A stretch of DNA of 64,000 nucleotides. Source: Calditrichia bacterium (GTDB lineage: Bacteria > Calditrichota > Calditrichia > RBG-13-44-9 > J075). Both the position numbers and the translations under genes were made by a program. The notes beneath the pieces are model-generated. The model made no database searches and was not told the DNA's origin. It worked only from the letters and a program-made list of their open reading frames with translations. The stretch covers positions 2,467,374 to 2,531,373 of the forward strand of contig OZ245730.1 of assembly GCA_965227145.1 (NCBI GenBank). The letters are read 5' to 3'. Positions within the stretch are counted from its first letter, which is position 1. Each line of letters starts with the position of its first letter. Shown piece by piece: positions 46,837-57,465 of the stretch.

Positions 46837-49314
46837 GTGGATATTCGTGTGCTGAAATTTGGCGGAACCTCCGTCGGGACGCCGGAACGGGTGAAAAATG
46901 TTGTCGATATTTTAATAAAAGGGCAGGAAAAACAGCCGCTTGCGGTGATTGTTTCAGCATTCAGCGGTGTTACGGATCAGCTCATCGAAATGTGCACCGT
47001 TGCCAGCCGTGGTGACGAAAATTATCTGAAAATTTTAGAGCATTTCATCGAAAAACACAACCAGTTTGCGGATGCATTGCTCGGCAGCGAACGACAAACA
47101 ATTGCAAATCTGTTCGACGCAAAAATTGCCAATTTACGGGATTTACTGCACGGCATTTTTTTACTGAAAGAATTATCGCTGAAATCGCTGGATTTTGTGA
47201 TGTGCTTCGGCGAATGGTTTTCCTGCCAGATTATCACCGCAAAAATGCGCGAAGCTGCTGTTTCTGCTGAATTTGTGGATGCCCGAAAATTGGTGCGTAC
47301 CGATGCCCGTTTCGGTAGTGCACGGGTCGATTTCGCAACAACCAGCGTGTTGACAAACAACTATTTTGCAGCGTCCGAAAAACGGGTGCAGGTTATCACG
47401 GGATTTTGCGGCGCCACCGAAAACGGCGAAACCACCACCCTCGGTCGTAGCGGTTCGGATTACAGCGCAGCCATTTTTGGCGCAGCGCTCAACGCACCGG
47501 AAATCGAAATCTGGACAGATGTGGACGGCGTAATGACCGCCGATCCCCGCAAAGTGCCGGAGGCGTTTACCCAACCCGTTTTGTCGTATGAGGAAGCGTT
47601 GGAAATGTCCCATTTTGGCGCAAAAGTAATTCATCCGCCAACCATGCTTCCGGCGATGCGCAAAAATATCCCGATTCGCATTTTAAACACATTCAACCCG
47701 GATTTTTCCGGTACGCTCATCCGGCGAAATTTAGCCGAAAATGGCGGCGAAAAACCCGAATCGCACATCACACAGGCGATCAAAGGGGTTACATCCATTT
47801 CCCGGGTGGGATTACTGCGCATCGAAGGCACAGGAATGATCGGCGTTGCCGGCACATCGATGCGTATTTTCAGCGCGCTGGCAGCAGCGGGAATCAACAT
47901 CATTTTGATTACACAGGCATCATCCGAACATTCGATTTGCCTCGCGGTTGCGCCCGGCGATGCAAAATCCGCCCGCGAACTGCTGCACGAAGAATTTGAG
48001 TTGGAAATTCAGGCGAACCGGATCAATCCGCCGGTTTTGGAAGAAAATTTGAGCATCGTCGCCATCGTCGGCGAAAATATGCGCCACACGCCCGGTATTT
48101 CCGGCAGATTTTTTAATGCGTTGGGCAGCCGTAAAATAAACGTTGTGGCAATCGCGCAGGGCTCATCGGAGTTGAATATTTCTGTTGTGATTTCCGCGGC
48201 GGACGAAACTCGCGCGGTGCGTGCCATTCACGAGGCATTTTTTGGCAGAATATCCCATCGGCTGAATGTGCTGGTTGCCGGAATCGGATTGGTGGGGGGA
48301 ACGTTGCTGCAACAAATCGCCGAAAATCAGGAGCGATTGCGCACGGAAAATGATTCGGAAATCCGGGTTGTCGGCATCGCCAATTCGCGAAAAGCATTGC
48401 TGAATCCCAAAGGAATTTCGCTGGAAAACTGGCGTGCAGATTTCGCGGAATCAGCGGAAAGCGCGTCCATTGAAAATGCCGTTAACAATCTGATTTCACT
48501 AAACTTACCAAATTGTGTTTTTGTGGATTGCAGCGCCAGCGAAACGGTTGTGGCAGAATATGCGACACTGCTGAATCACGAAATTTCTGTGGTCACACCC
48601 AACAAAAAAGCCGCCGCCGGAGCATTTGACGATTTTGCAAATCTGAAAAAAATCTGTGCCCGCAGCGGTGCAAAATTTCTTTACGAAACCAACGTTGGCG
48701 CCGGATTGCCGGTGATCAGCACTTTAAAAGATTTGCGCAACAGCGGCGACCGGATCATCAAAATTGAGGGTGTTTTGTCCGGAACTTTGAGTTACATTTT
48801 TAATCGATTCGACGGATCGACGCCGTTTAGCGCAGTAGTTCGCGAGGCGCAACAACTGGGCTACACGGAGCCCGATCCCCGCGATGATTTGAACGGTTTG
48901 GATGTCGCCCGCAAGTTGCTCATTCTCGCCAGAGAAACCGGACTGCGCATTGAGTTGAGCGATATCGCGCTGGAAAATCTGGTCAGCGACAGCGCCGGAA
49001 AAGCCAAATCTGTCGATGAATTTTTCGAAAAACTTGCCGCAGAAGACGCGCAATTTGCAGAAAAACAATCGGCTGCGCAGCGGGCGAAAAAACGTCTGCG
49101 CTACATTGCCACCCTGGAGAACGGCAACGCGACTGTCCAATTAATTGCGGTTGATGAATCGCACCCGTTTTTCAACCTGAACGGCAGCGACAACATGATC
49201 AGCTTCACCACCGAACGATACCGGGAAAACCCGCTGGTGGTCCGTGGTCCGGGTGCCGGAGCCGCCATTACGGCTGCAGGCGTTTTTGCAGATATTATTC
49301 GTATCATTCAATAA
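46837..49314 (+). CDS. thrA: Bifunctional aspartate kinase/homoserine dehydrogenase I
   Basis: VLKFGGTSV, TTLGRSGSDYSAA, WTDVDG, two ACT domains, YETNVGAGLP, GYTEPDPRDD, GPGAG; GTG start. Confidence 0.96.
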   Translation: MDIRVLKFGGTSVGTPERVKNVVDILIKGQEKQPLAVIVSAFSGVTDQLIEMCTVASRGDENYLKILEHFIEKHNQFADALLGSERQTIANLFDAKIANLRDLLHGIFLLKELSLKSLDFVMCFGEWFSCQIITAKMREAAVSAEFVDARKLVRTDARFGSARVDFATTSVLTNNYFAASEKRVQVITGFCGATENGETTTLGRSGSDYSAAIFGAALNAPEIEIWTDVDGVMTADPRKVPEAFTQPVLSYEEALEMSHFGAKVIHPPTMLPAMRKNIPIRILNTFNPDFSGTLIRRNLAENGGEKPESHITQAIKGVTSISRVGLLRIEGTGMIGVAGTSMRIFSALAAAGINIILITQASSEHSICLAVAPGDAKSARELLHEEFELEIQANRINPPVLEENLSIVAIVGENMRHTPGISGRFFNALGSRKINVVAIAQGSSELNISVVISAADETRAVRAIHEAFFGRISHRLNVLVAGIGLVGGTLLQQIAENQERLRTENDSEIRVVGIANSRKALLNPKGISLENWRADFAESAESASIENAVNNLISLNLPNCVFVDCSASETVVAEYATLLNHEISVVTPNKKAAAGAFDDFANLKKICARSGAKFLYETNVGAGLPVISTLKDLRNSGDRIIKIEGVLSGTLSYIFNRFDGSTPFSAVVREAQQLGYTEPDPRDDLNGLDVARKLLILARETGLRIELSDIALENLVSDSAGKAKSVDEFFEKLAAEDAQFAEKQSAAQRAKKRLRYIATLENGNATVQLIAVDESHPFFNLNGSDNMISFTTERYRENPLVVRGPGAGAAITAAGVFADIIRIIQ

Positions 49315-49328
49315 AATCTGGAACTTAG

Positions 49329-50258
49329 ATGAATAGTGAAATTACTATTTTTGCACCCGCAACGGTCGCCAATGTCGCCTGCGGATTTGATGTGATGGGA
49401 TTCGCCATCGAGCACCTCGGCGACCGGGTGACTGCCCGGCTCAGCGAACAGCCCGGCGTAAAAATCGCCGCCATTCACGGCGACAACGGACGATTGCCGA
49501 TGGAATTGCACAAAAATACCGCCGGCGTTGCAGTCATGAAACTGCTCGAAACCCTCGATCAGGTGACCAATCTCGAAATCGAAATTCACAAAGAAATGCC
49601 ATTGGCCAGCGGAATGGGCTCCAGCGCAGCCAGTGCGGTTGCGGCGGTTGTCGCGGTCAACGAATTGCTGGGCGCACCGTTGAGCTACCGAGAATTGCTG
49701 CCGGTTGCGATGGAAGGCGAAACCGTTGCATCCGGGCTGGCGCATGCGGATAATATCGCTCCGGCGCTGCTCGGCGGCATCATTTTAATTCGCAGCTACG
49801 ATCCGCTGGATGTGCTGCAATTGCCCACTCCGAGGGAATTGCGCTGTGTCATTTTGCATCCCGCAATCGAAATCCGCACGTCCGACACGCGCGGCAAACT
49901 GCCGGAAAAAATCTGCCTGAAAGATGCATTGTCGCAAGTTGGTAATTTCGGCGCGCTCGTTGCAGGATTGTTGCGTGAAGATTACGATTTGATCGGACGC
50001 TCGCTGCACGATGCGATCGCCGAACCCTGCCGGTCGCCGTTGATTCCCGGATTTGCCCAAATCAAACAAGCCGCGCTGGATGCGGGGGCGTTCGGGTGCA
50101 GCATTTCCGGTTCCGGACCGTCCATTTTTGCATTTTGCACAAACGACGACACCGCAATTTCAATCGGTAAAGCAATGCAAAATGCCTGCGCAGCAAATGG
50201 CGTCGAGAGCAACTATTATTGTTCGCGAATTAATCCGGTTGGCGCCGTCCGCGTTTAA
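49329..50258 (+). CDS. thrB: Homoserine kinase
   Basis: PATVANV..GFD, PLASGMGSSAASA (GHMP motif), HADNIAP, ISGSGP. Confidence 0.96.
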   Translation: MNSEITIFAPATVANVACGFDVMGFAIEHLGDRVTARLSEQPGVKIAAIHGDNGRLPMELHKNTAGVAVMKLLETLDQVTNLEIEIHKEMPLASGMGSSAASAVAAVVAVNELLGAPLSYRELLPVAMEGETVASGLAHADNIAPALLGGIILIRSYDPLDVLQLPTPRELRCVILHPAIEIRTSDTRGKLPEKICLKDALSQVGNFGALVAGLLREDYDLIGRSLHDAIAEPCRSPLIPGFAQIKQAALDAGAFGCSISGSGPSIFAFCTNDDTAISIGKAMQNACAANGVESNYYCSRINPVGAVRV

Positions 50259-50293
50259 CAGCAATCTGCTAAACTTTTGAAAATAATAACTTT

Positions 50294-51604
50294 ATGAAAT
50301 TTTACAGCACCAACAATTCTGCCCATCGCGTAAGTTTTCGCGATGCTGTTTTAACCGGATTACCACCGGATAACGGGCTATACATGCCCGAAAACATCCC
50401 GCAAATTCCGGCTGAAAGAATCCACGCTTTTCGGCAAATGTCGTTTCAGGAAATTGCAACCGCGATGGCTGACAACTTGCTTTCAGAAAGCGTCGAACCG
50501 CATGTTTTGCGAAAAGTGATCGAAACGGCCATCAATTTTGACGCGCCGCTGGTTCCGGTCGAACCGGATATTTTTTCGCTGGAATTGTTTCACGGACCAA
50601 CGCTCGCATTCAAAGATTTTGCAGCGCGATTTATGGCGCAATTGATGGGTCATTTTGTGCAAAATGACAACCGCGAACTCACCATTTTGGTGGCAACTTC
50701 CGGCGATACGGGAAGTGCGGTTGCCAACGGTTTTTATCGCGTTCCGGGCATTCGGGTGATTGTGTTGTATCCGTCCGGAAAGGTGAGCCAAATTCAGGAA
50801 AAACAGCTAACTACACTCGCCGAAAATATCACGGCGCTGGAAATTGGCGGCACGTTTGACGATTGTCAGGCATTGGTAAAACAGGCGTTTTTAGATGGCG
50901 AATTGCAGAATAATTTCCGGTTGACATCTGCAAATTCGATCAATATTGCCCGGCTGATTCCGCAATCATTTTATTACGGTTACGCGTGGTCGCGATTGCC
51001 CGATCCATTCGTTGACTCGGTATTTTCGGTGCCGAGTGGCAATTTTGGCAACCTCACCGCAGGATTGATGGCAAAAACAGCGGGCGTGCCAATCACCCGG
51101 TTTGTCGCCGCAACAAATGTGAACGATGTGGTTCCGGCGTATTTGCAAAACGGGGAATTTTTGCCAAAAACTTCGGTTCACACTATTTCGAATGCGATGG
51201 ATGTGGGCAATCCCAGCAATTTTGTGCGAATGCTCGCGTTGTTCGATCACGATTTGGCGCGGATCAGAAAATCGGTTTCCGGTTTCGCATTTACAGATGC
51301 GGAAACCCGCAAAACGATGCTGGAAATTTACGATCGAACAGGCTATGTTTTGGATCCGCACGGCGCGGTCGGGTATTTGGGGCTGAAACAATTTCTCGCC
51401 GGGCAATCCGGGAAGTGGCAGGGCGTTTTTCTGGAAACAGCGCATCCGGTCAAATTTCTCGATGTGGTCGAATCGACTATCGGAATCTCACCGGAAATTC
51501 CGGCACAGTTGACCAAAGCGTTGTCAAAAGAAAAAATCGCTCGCTCGCTGCCAACCGAATTTTCAACATTTAAAAATTATTTGATGGGTGCACTGCGGAA
51601 GTAA
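50294..51604 (+). CDS. thrC: Threonine synthase
   Basis: GLYMP, LELFHGPTLAFKDFAARF, VATSGDTG, SANSINIARL, VPSGNFGN, TAHP.KF. Confidence 0.96.
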   Translation: MKFYSTNNSAHRVSFRDAVLTGLPPDNGLYMPENIPQIPAERIHAFRQMSFQEIATAMADNLLSESVEPHVLRKVIETAINFDAPLVPVEPDIFSLELFHGPTLAFKDFAARFMAQLMGHFVQNDNRELTILVATSGDTGSAVANGFYRVPGIRVIVLYPSGKVSQIQEKQLTTLAENITALEIGGTFDDCQALVKQAFLDGELQNNFRLTSANSINIARLIPQSFYYGYAWSRLPDPFVDSVFSVPSGNFGNLTAGLMAKTAGVPITRFVAATNVNDVVPAYLQNGEFLPKTSVHTISNAMDVGNPSNFVRMLALFDHDLARIRKSVSGFAFTDAETRKTMLEIYDRTGYVLDPHGAVGYLGLKQFLAGQSGKWQGVFLETAHPVKFLDVVESTIGISPEIPAQLTKALSKEKIARSLPTEFSTFKNYLMGALRK

Positions 51605-51609
51605 TCGAC

Positions 51610-51638
51610 AAAAAAAATCCCCGCATTTGGCGGGGATT
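51610..51638. terminator. Intrinsic terminator between convergent thrC and etfA
   Basis: AATCCCCGC-atttg-GCGGGGATT preceded by an A tract. Confidence 0.7.
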
Positions 51639-51668
51639 AAATGGCATATCTAATTAATAATCAACACT

Positions 51669-52643
51669 TTATTCGCCCGATTTAATGTGCTTCACAGCTT
51701 CGGTCATTGCGGGCAGAACTTCAAATAAATCGCCAACGATGCCGTAATCAGCCACTTTGAAAATTGGCGCATCGGCATCTTTGTTGATCGCAACAATGAA
51801 TTTTGAAGACGAAATTCCGGCAATGTGCTGAATGGCTCCGGAAATTCCGGCAGCGATATATAATTGAGGAGAAACCGTTTTTCCAGTTTGACCGACGTGC
51901 TCGCCGTGCGGGCGCCAACCTTCGTCGGAAACGGGTCGGGAACAGCCTGTGGCAGCACCTAACGCGTCCGCCAGCTTTTCGATGAGCTGCCAGTTCTCCG
52001 GACCTTTCAGCCCGCGTCCGCCGCTGACAACAATATCTGCCTGCGTCACGTCAATTTTGCCGCCTTCGCCGGTTGCAACTTCTTCGACAACCGCTTTGGG
52101 ATCGGGCAGGGCAGGGGAGAGTGTTTCAACGGAAACAGCCGTTGCGGATTCTACCGCTTTTACACTTTTGGGGCGAAGGGTTGCCAGTGCGGGTGTTGAA
52201 TTGATGCTGATATCTGCCAGCACTTTTCCGGCATACATCGGACGGGTGAATACAAATTTTCCGCCATCGGCGCGAAAACTGACACAATCCTGCGCTAATC
52301 CGGCATCCAGCAGCATCGATACGCGTGCCAGCAAATCTTTACCGGTAAACGTTGCCGCTGCGATAACCGCATCTGCATCTTTTTCTTTGGCGACTGCGGC
52401 GACTGCTTTTGCCGCAACATCCGGGCTGTATTTTGAAAGCTTGCTATCTTCGATTGCAACGGCATTGGCAATGCCGTATTTGCCGGCTTCATTTGCCAGC
52501 GACGCTGCATCCGGACCGAGCACCACAGCCGTTGCGCTGCCGCCGGTTGCATCTGCCATTTGTTTCGCAGCGGTGAACATTTCGTAACTGACTGCTTTTA
52601 GTTTTCCCGCTGAACTTTCAGCGATTACAACAATGTTTGCCAT
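51669..52643 (-). CDS. etfA: Electron transfer flavoprotein alpha subunit
   Basis: IVVSGGRGL, HVGQTGKTVSPQLYIAAGISGAIQH, AINKDADAPIF. Confidence 0.96.
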   Translation of the reverse strand: MANIVVIAESSAGKLKAVSYEMFTAAKQMADATGGSATAVVLGPDAASLANEAGKYGIANAVAIEDSKLSKYSPDVAAKAVAAVAKEKDADAVIAAATFTGKDLLARVSMLLDAGLAQDCVSFRADGGKFVFTRPMYAGKVLADISINSTPALATLRPKSVKAVESATAVSVETLSPALPDPKAVVEEVATGEGGKIDVTQADIVVSGGRGLKGPENWQLIEKLADALGAATGCSRPVSDEGWRPHGEHVGQTGKTVSPQLYIAAGISGAIQHIAGISSSKFIVAINKDADAPIFKVADYGIVGDLFEVLPAMTEAVKHIKSGE

Positions 52644-52674
52644 TATTTAATCTCCTGTTTTTTCTCGACTTTGG

Positions 52675-53424
52675 TTAAATCACTTTGGCTTCTTCGCGGA
52701 GCAACCGAACAACTTCTGCGGCGTCTTCCGCACCGTTGGTGAATATTTTTCCCGCATCTTTTGCCGGCGGATAGGCAATTTTTTCAACCACCAATTTAGG
52801 TGCGGCGAGCGAAACTTCTTTCACTTCAATAGATTTCTTTTTCGCCTGCATAATGCCTTTTAGTGAACGATATCGCGGTTCGTTCAACTTTCGGTTTGCG
52901 CCGATAACAGCGGGTAAACCAAAGGAAACACGTTCCGAACCACCTTCGATTTCGCGCGTTGCAGTCCCGTTGCTGCCGTCAATTTCCAGTCCGATGACGA
53001 CGGTAACGCAGGGCAAATCGAGTGCGGTTGCAACCAATTGCGGCATCTGTCCGTGGTCGTCATCGATCGCCTGGCGACCGAGAAAAATCAGGTCATAGTT
53101 GCCTTCTTTCAACGTTTCGGCAAGTGCTTTTGCAGTAACCAGCGGATCATCCGGGATTCGCTCAACATTGATTCGTACGGCTTTGTGAGCACCCATCGCC
53201 AATGCTTCGCGAATGGTTTTTTCGGCACTTGCCGAACCCAAAGTGACGATGGTTACTTCGCCACCGCTTTTTTCGGTGAGTTTCAGGGCTTCTTCAATTG
53301 CAAATTCATCGTAGGGATTGATGATCCATTGAATACCGTCATCTGCCACCGATTTCCCATCTCCGGCGATGGTTACTTTTGTCGTCGTATCCGGCGTTTG
53401 TTTTACACACACAGCTATGTTCAC
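52675..53424 (-). CDS. etfB: Electron transfer flavoprotein beta subunit
   Basis: VCVKQTPD, INPYDEFAIEEAL, ALAMGA, GRQAIDDD, PRYRSLKGIMQAKKK. Confidence 0.96.
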   Translation of the reverse strand: MNIAVCVKQTPDTTTKVTIAGDGKSVADDGIQWIINPYDEFAIEEALKLTEKSGGEVTIVTLGSASAEKTIREALAMGAHKAVRINVERIPDDPLVTAKALAETLKEGNYDLIFLGRQAIDDDHGQMPQLVATALDLPCVTVVIGLEIDGSNGTATREIEGGSERVSFGLPAVIGANRKLNEPRYRSLKGIMQAKKKSIEVKEVSLAAPKLVVEKIAYPPAKDAGKIFTNGAEDAAEVVRLLREEAKVI

Positions 53425-53784
53425 GTGATGGACCTCCTTAATTAATTATCTAAACTGTTGTTTGCATGTTAAAATCTGGTTATCGTCTGATGTTTCGTTA
53501 AATTCAGCTTATTATCAGGTTGCAGCGAAATTTTATTCGCAACGGGCGTTATTATTCGCTGCCAAACGGAATCACTTTCGAAACGAATCAAAGTAATAAA
53601 ATTAGGACAGATTGCAATAAAATTTGAAAATTATCCGGTCGATTTCTCGCGTAAATTTGTATTTTAAATGCGCTAAGTCAAGTCCGGTATGAATTTTGTA
53701 TTTGAAAAAATACTTGACATAATTGAAGTGCTCACCTAAATTTGGCGACTTTGTAATTCTCAATGTAAAAGGAGGAAAAATACA

Positions 53785-54219
53785 GTGAGAACTGATTATT
53801 CGAAGCCAGATCAGATAATTGCTGATCAAAAATGGTTTGTGGTGGATGGCGAAGATATTGTATTGGGTCGTCTCGCATCCAATATTGCCCGCATTTTGCA
53901 GGGCAAGCACAAACCGAATTACGCACCGCATCAGGATGTTGGCGATTTTGTCGTTGTTCTGAATGCCAACAAAGTGCGGTTAACCGGCAACAAAGCCGAT
54001 CAAAAAACATATTTTTCCCACTCCGGCTATCCCGGCGGCGGAAAAGAGACGCCTTATAAACGAATGATTGCAAAGCGTCCGGAATATGTGATTGAACATG
54101 CAGTGCGGTTGATGCTCCCCAAAAATGCGCTAGGTCGCAAGATGCTCAAAAAGCTGAAAGTGTATCCCGGAACAAATCATCCGCATGATGCGCAACAACC
54201 CCAAACCCTAACTTTTTAA
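53785..54219 (+). CDS. rplM: 50S ribosomal protein L13
   Basis: WFVVDG, LGRLAS, KHKPNYAPH.DVGD, KLKVY.G..HPH.AQQP; GTG start after AGGAGG. Confidence 0.98.
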   Translation: MRTDYSKPDQIIADQKWFVVDGEDIVLGRLASNIARILQGKHKPNYAPHQDVGDFVVVLNANKVRLTGNKADQKTYFSHSGYPGGGKETPYKRMIAKRPEYVIEHAVRLMLPKNALGRKMLKKLKVYPGTNHPHDAQQPQTLTF

Positions 54220-54230
54220 CGAGGTATTAG

Positions 54231-54617
54231 ATGGAAGTTTATGTCGCAACAGGACGGCGCAAGTCCTCCGTCGCGAGAGTCCGGCTGAAGCCCGGAAGTG
54301 GCAAAATTGTTGTCAATGGTCGCGAAGTTTTGGATTATTTTAAACGCGAAACGCTCAAAATGGTTATTGAACAACCTTTCGAATTTACCAACATGTTGGG
54401 AAAATTTGATATTGATGCCAATATCATTGGCGGTGGACTTGCCGGACAGGCTGGCGCACTGCGTTTGGGCATCTCCCGTGCGATGCTGGAATATGATGTT
54501 AATCTCCGTGGCGAACTGAAAGCCGCCGGATTTTTAACACGCGATTCCCGTGAAGTTGAACGTAAGAAATACGGTCAGCCGAAAGCACGTAAGCGTTTCC
54601 AGTTCTCCAAACGTTAA
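54231..54617 (+). CDS. rpsI: 30S ribosomal protein S9
   Basis: [40 protein letters not shown]. Confidence 0.98.
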   Translation: MEVYVATGRRKSSVARVRLKPGSGKIVVNGREVLDYFKRETLKMVIEQPFEFTNMLGKFDIDANIIGGGLAGQAGALRLGISRAMLEYDVNLRGELKAAGFLTRDSREVERKKYGQPKARKRFQFSKR

Positions 54618-54640
54618 GTCGTTGGATTTACTTATTTTAT

Positions 54641-54746
54641 CACACACACTGTCCCCAAAGCTCCGGCAGGGTGATCTTCCGATCGGAAGAATGCCGGCGT
54701 TAAAAGGCAGTGGCGGAATAACCCGAATAAAGGAGATTTTTTGTCA
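54641..54746 (+). promoter_or_regulatory. rpsB 5' leader (S2 autoregulatory RNA-like)
   Basis: CACACAC start, GGGT...TAACCC pairing elements, nested hairpin CCGGCA/TGCCGG enclosing TCTTCC-GATC-GGAAGA, then AAGGAG RBS. Confidence 0.6.
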
Positions 54747-55472
54747 ATGAAAGCAACATTAGAAGATTTGCTGAAAAGCGGTGTGCATTTTGGACACCTC
54801 ACCCGCCGCTGGAATCCCAAGATGCGCCCATACATTTTTATGGAGCGTAACAATATTCACATCATCGATCTGAAAAAAACGCTCGAACATTTGCAAACAG
54901 CTTACAATGCGATTAAAGAGACTGTGATGAACGGCGAACCGGTTTTGTTTGTCGGTACCAAACAACAGGCTCAGAATATCATTGTTTCAGAAGCTACCCG
55001 TGCGGGCATGCCTTATATGACCGAACGCTGGCTTGGTGGTACGCTCACAAATTTTTCGACCATCAAGAAAAGCATTCGTAAACTTGAAAATCTGGAAAAG
55101 ATGGTCAGCGACGGCACTGCGGACAAACTCACCAAAAAAGAACGCCTCATGATCGATCGCGAAATCGAGAAAATGAAAAAGGTGTTTGCCGGCATTCAGG
55201 AAATGAAGCGGCTTCCCGGTGCGATTTTTGTCGTTGATACTAAAAAAGAAGAAATTGCCGTGAAAGAAGGACGCAAACTCGGCATACCTATTTTCGCAAT
55301 AGTGGATACAAATTGCGATCCCGATGAAATTGATTTCCCGATTCCCGGAAACGACGATTCAACCAAAGCAATTGGCATTATCACCAAAACGATTGCCGAT
55401 GCCGCAGTTGACGCAACCGCAGAACTGGAAGCACGTCGCTCCGCCGAAAAGGAAGATGTAAAGAAAGATTAA
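54747..55472 (+). CDS. rpsB: 30S ribosomal protein S2
   Basis: [41 protein letters not shown]. Confidence 0.98.
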   Translation: MKATLEDLLKSGVHFGHLTRRWNPKMRPYIFMERNNIHIIDLKKTLEHLQTAYNAIKETVMNGEPVLFVGTKQQAQNIIVSEATRAGMPYMTERWLGGTLTNFSTIKKSIRKLENLEKMVSDGTADKLTKKERLMIDREIEKMKKVFAGIQEMKRLPGAIFVVDTKKEEIAVKEGRKLGIPIFAIVDTNCDPDEIDFPIPGNDDSTKAIGIITKTIADAAVDATAELEARRSAEKEDVKKD

Positions 55473-55508
55473 TCGCTTTAAATTTAAAATAAACAGGAGT
55501 TAAACATA

Positions 55509-56108
55509 ATGGCTAACATTACAGCAGCACAGGTAAAGGAGCTGCGCGAACTCACCGGTGCCGGTATGATGGATTGCAAAAATGCACTCACGGAAACTGG
55601 CGGCGATATGGAAAAAGCAGTTGATTTCCTTCGCAAAAAAGGTATTGCCAAAGCAGAAAAAAAAGCCGGACGTGATGCAAAGGACGGACTTGTTGAAGCA
55701 TATATCCACCCGGGTGGAAAGTTAGGCGTTTTGATCGAAGTCAGTTGCGAAACAGACTTCGTGGCTAAAACTGACGATTTCAAAGAATTGGTGAAAAACG
55801 TGGCGATGCAAGTTGCCGCAACCAATCCCATCGCAATTACGCGTGATCAGGTCGATCAAAAATTGATCGATCATGAAATGGATATTTTCAAAGCCCAGGC
55901 AAAAGAATCCGGTAAACCGGATCATATTCTCGAAAAAATTGCCACCGGACGTTTGGAAAAATTCTACACCGAAAATGTTCTGGAAGAACAATCTTTCATC
56001 AAAGATGGCGACAAAACGGTAAAAGATTATGTAACGGAAGTTATCGCCAAATTGGGTGAAAATATTTCTATTCGCAAAATCGCACGCTTTCGTATTGGAG
56101 ACGAATAA
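55509..56108 (+). CDS. tsf: Translation elongation factor Ts (short 199-aa form)
   Basis: [38 protein letters not shown]. Confidence 0.97.
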   Translation: MANITAAQVKELRELTGAGMMDCKNALTETGGDMEKAVDFLRKKGIAKAEKKAGRDAKDGLVEAYIHPGGKLGVLIEVSCETDFVAKTDDFKELVKNVAMQVAATNPIAITRDQVDQKLIDHEMDIFKAQAKESGKPDHILEKIATGRLEKFYTENVLEEQSFIKDGDKTVKDYVTEVIAKLGENISIRKIARFRIGDE

Positions 56109-56827
56109 TGACAGGTCGCCCTCATTACAAAAGGATCTTGTTAAAACTGAGCGGTGAGTCATTAGCCGGTGAAGATAAATTTGGTATTCAGTTACCTGTT
56201 TTGCGGCGTTACGCGGAAGAAATTCGCAACGTAGCTGAAACAGGTGTACAGGTTGGCATCGTTGTTGGCGGCGGAAATATCTTTCGGGGTATTTCCGAAG
56301 CCGCTCGCGAAATGGATAGAGTTTCCGCAGATTATATGGGAATGCTCGCCACTGTTATCAACTCTATGGCAATGCAAAATGCATTGGAAAACATTGGGCT
56401 GGATACGCGGGTGCAAACAGCCATCCGGATGAGCCAAATTGCCGAACCATTTATTCGACGCAAAGCAATTAACGATCTTGCAAAAGGGCGCGTTGTTATT
56501 TTTGCTGCAGGTACCGGTAATCCATATTTTACAACCGATACTGCGGCTGTTTTACGTGCTGTGGAAATCAAGGCGGATGTCATTTTAAAAGGAACCCGGG
56601 TCGATGGCGTTTATACTGCCGATCCCGAAAAAGATCCGACCGCAATCAAATTTGACGAATTGCCATATATGCAAGTTGTTAAAGAAGGTTTGAAGGTTAT
56701 GGATGGCACTGCAATTACACTCTCTATGGAGAACCAATTGCCCATAATTGTGTTTAATATGGATGAACCCGGCAATTTAATGCGGGTAGTTATGGGTGAA
56801 CCCATTGGAACAAAGGTAAGAGGTTAA
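56108..56827 (+). CDS. pyrH: Uridylate kinase
   Basis: [42 protein letters not shown]. Confidence 0.98.
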   Translation: MTGRPHYKRILLKLSGESLAGEDKFGIQLPVLRRYAEEIRNVAETGVQVGIVVGGGNIFRGISEAAREMDRVSADYMGMLATVINSMAMQNALENIGLDTRVQTAIRMSQIAEPFIRRKAINDLAKGRVVIFAAGTGNPYFTTDTAAVLRAVEIKADVILKGTRVDGVYTADPEKDPTAIKFDELPYMQVVKEGLKVMDGTAITLSMENQLPIIVFNMDEPGNLMRVVMGEPIGTKVRG

Positions 56828-56829
56828 GT

Positions 56830-57390
56830 ATGACACTTGACAGCATTTTAATGGATGCCGAAGAGCGCATGTCTAAATCGCTTGAGCATTTACAGCATGA
56901 ACTCGCAACCATTCGCACTGGCAGGGCAACACCGTCATTGTTGGATTCTGTGAAAGTTGAATATTATGGTTCAATAATGCCAATCAATCAGGTTGCCACG
57001 GTTTCAGCACCGGAACCACGGTTAATTGTCGTTCAGCCGTGGGAAAAGCGGTTGATCCCTGAAATCGAAAAAGCGATTCTCAGCTCAGATCTGGGATTAA
57101 ATCCGGGAAACGATGGCAACGTCATCCGTTTGCCGATTCCTGAACTCAGCGAAGAACGCCGGCAAAGCCTGTTGAAACTGGTGAAAAAGTTTTGTGAAGA
57201 TTGCCGCGTTGCCGTAAGAAACGTCCGGCGGGATGCAAATGAAAGCATCAAAAAGCTGGAAAAATCTCACGAAATTTCGGAAGACAACAGCCACGATGGT
57301 CAGGATCAGATCCAGAAATTGACAGACAAATACATACAGGATGTTGACGATTTGTTGGCACAAAAAGAAAAAGAAGTGCTCACAAACTAA
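56830..57390 (+). CDS. frr: Ribosome recycling factor
   Basis: IRTGRA.PSLLD, P.L.EERR, R.AVRNVRRDAN, IQKLTD. Confidence 0.98.
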   Translation: MTLDSILMDAEERMSKSLEHLQHELATIRTGRATPSLLDSVKVEYYGSIMPINQVATVSAPEPRLIVVQPWEKRLIPEIEKAILSSDLGLNPGNDGNVIRLPIPELSEERRQSLLKLVKKFCEDCRVAVRNVRRDANESIKKLEKSHEISEDNSHDGQDQIQKLTDKYIQDVDDLLAQKEKEVLTN

Positions 57391-57418
57391 GCAAAAACAG
57401 TATATTACTTAACATATG

Positions 57419-57447
57419 AAAAGCCGGATGCTATCGTCCGGCTTTTT
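57419..57447 (+). terminator. Intrinsic terminator after frr
   Basis: AAAAGCCGGA-tgctatcg-TCCGGCTTTTT. Confidence 0.75.
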
Positions 57448-57465
57448 GCTTATACATCAGAAAAT

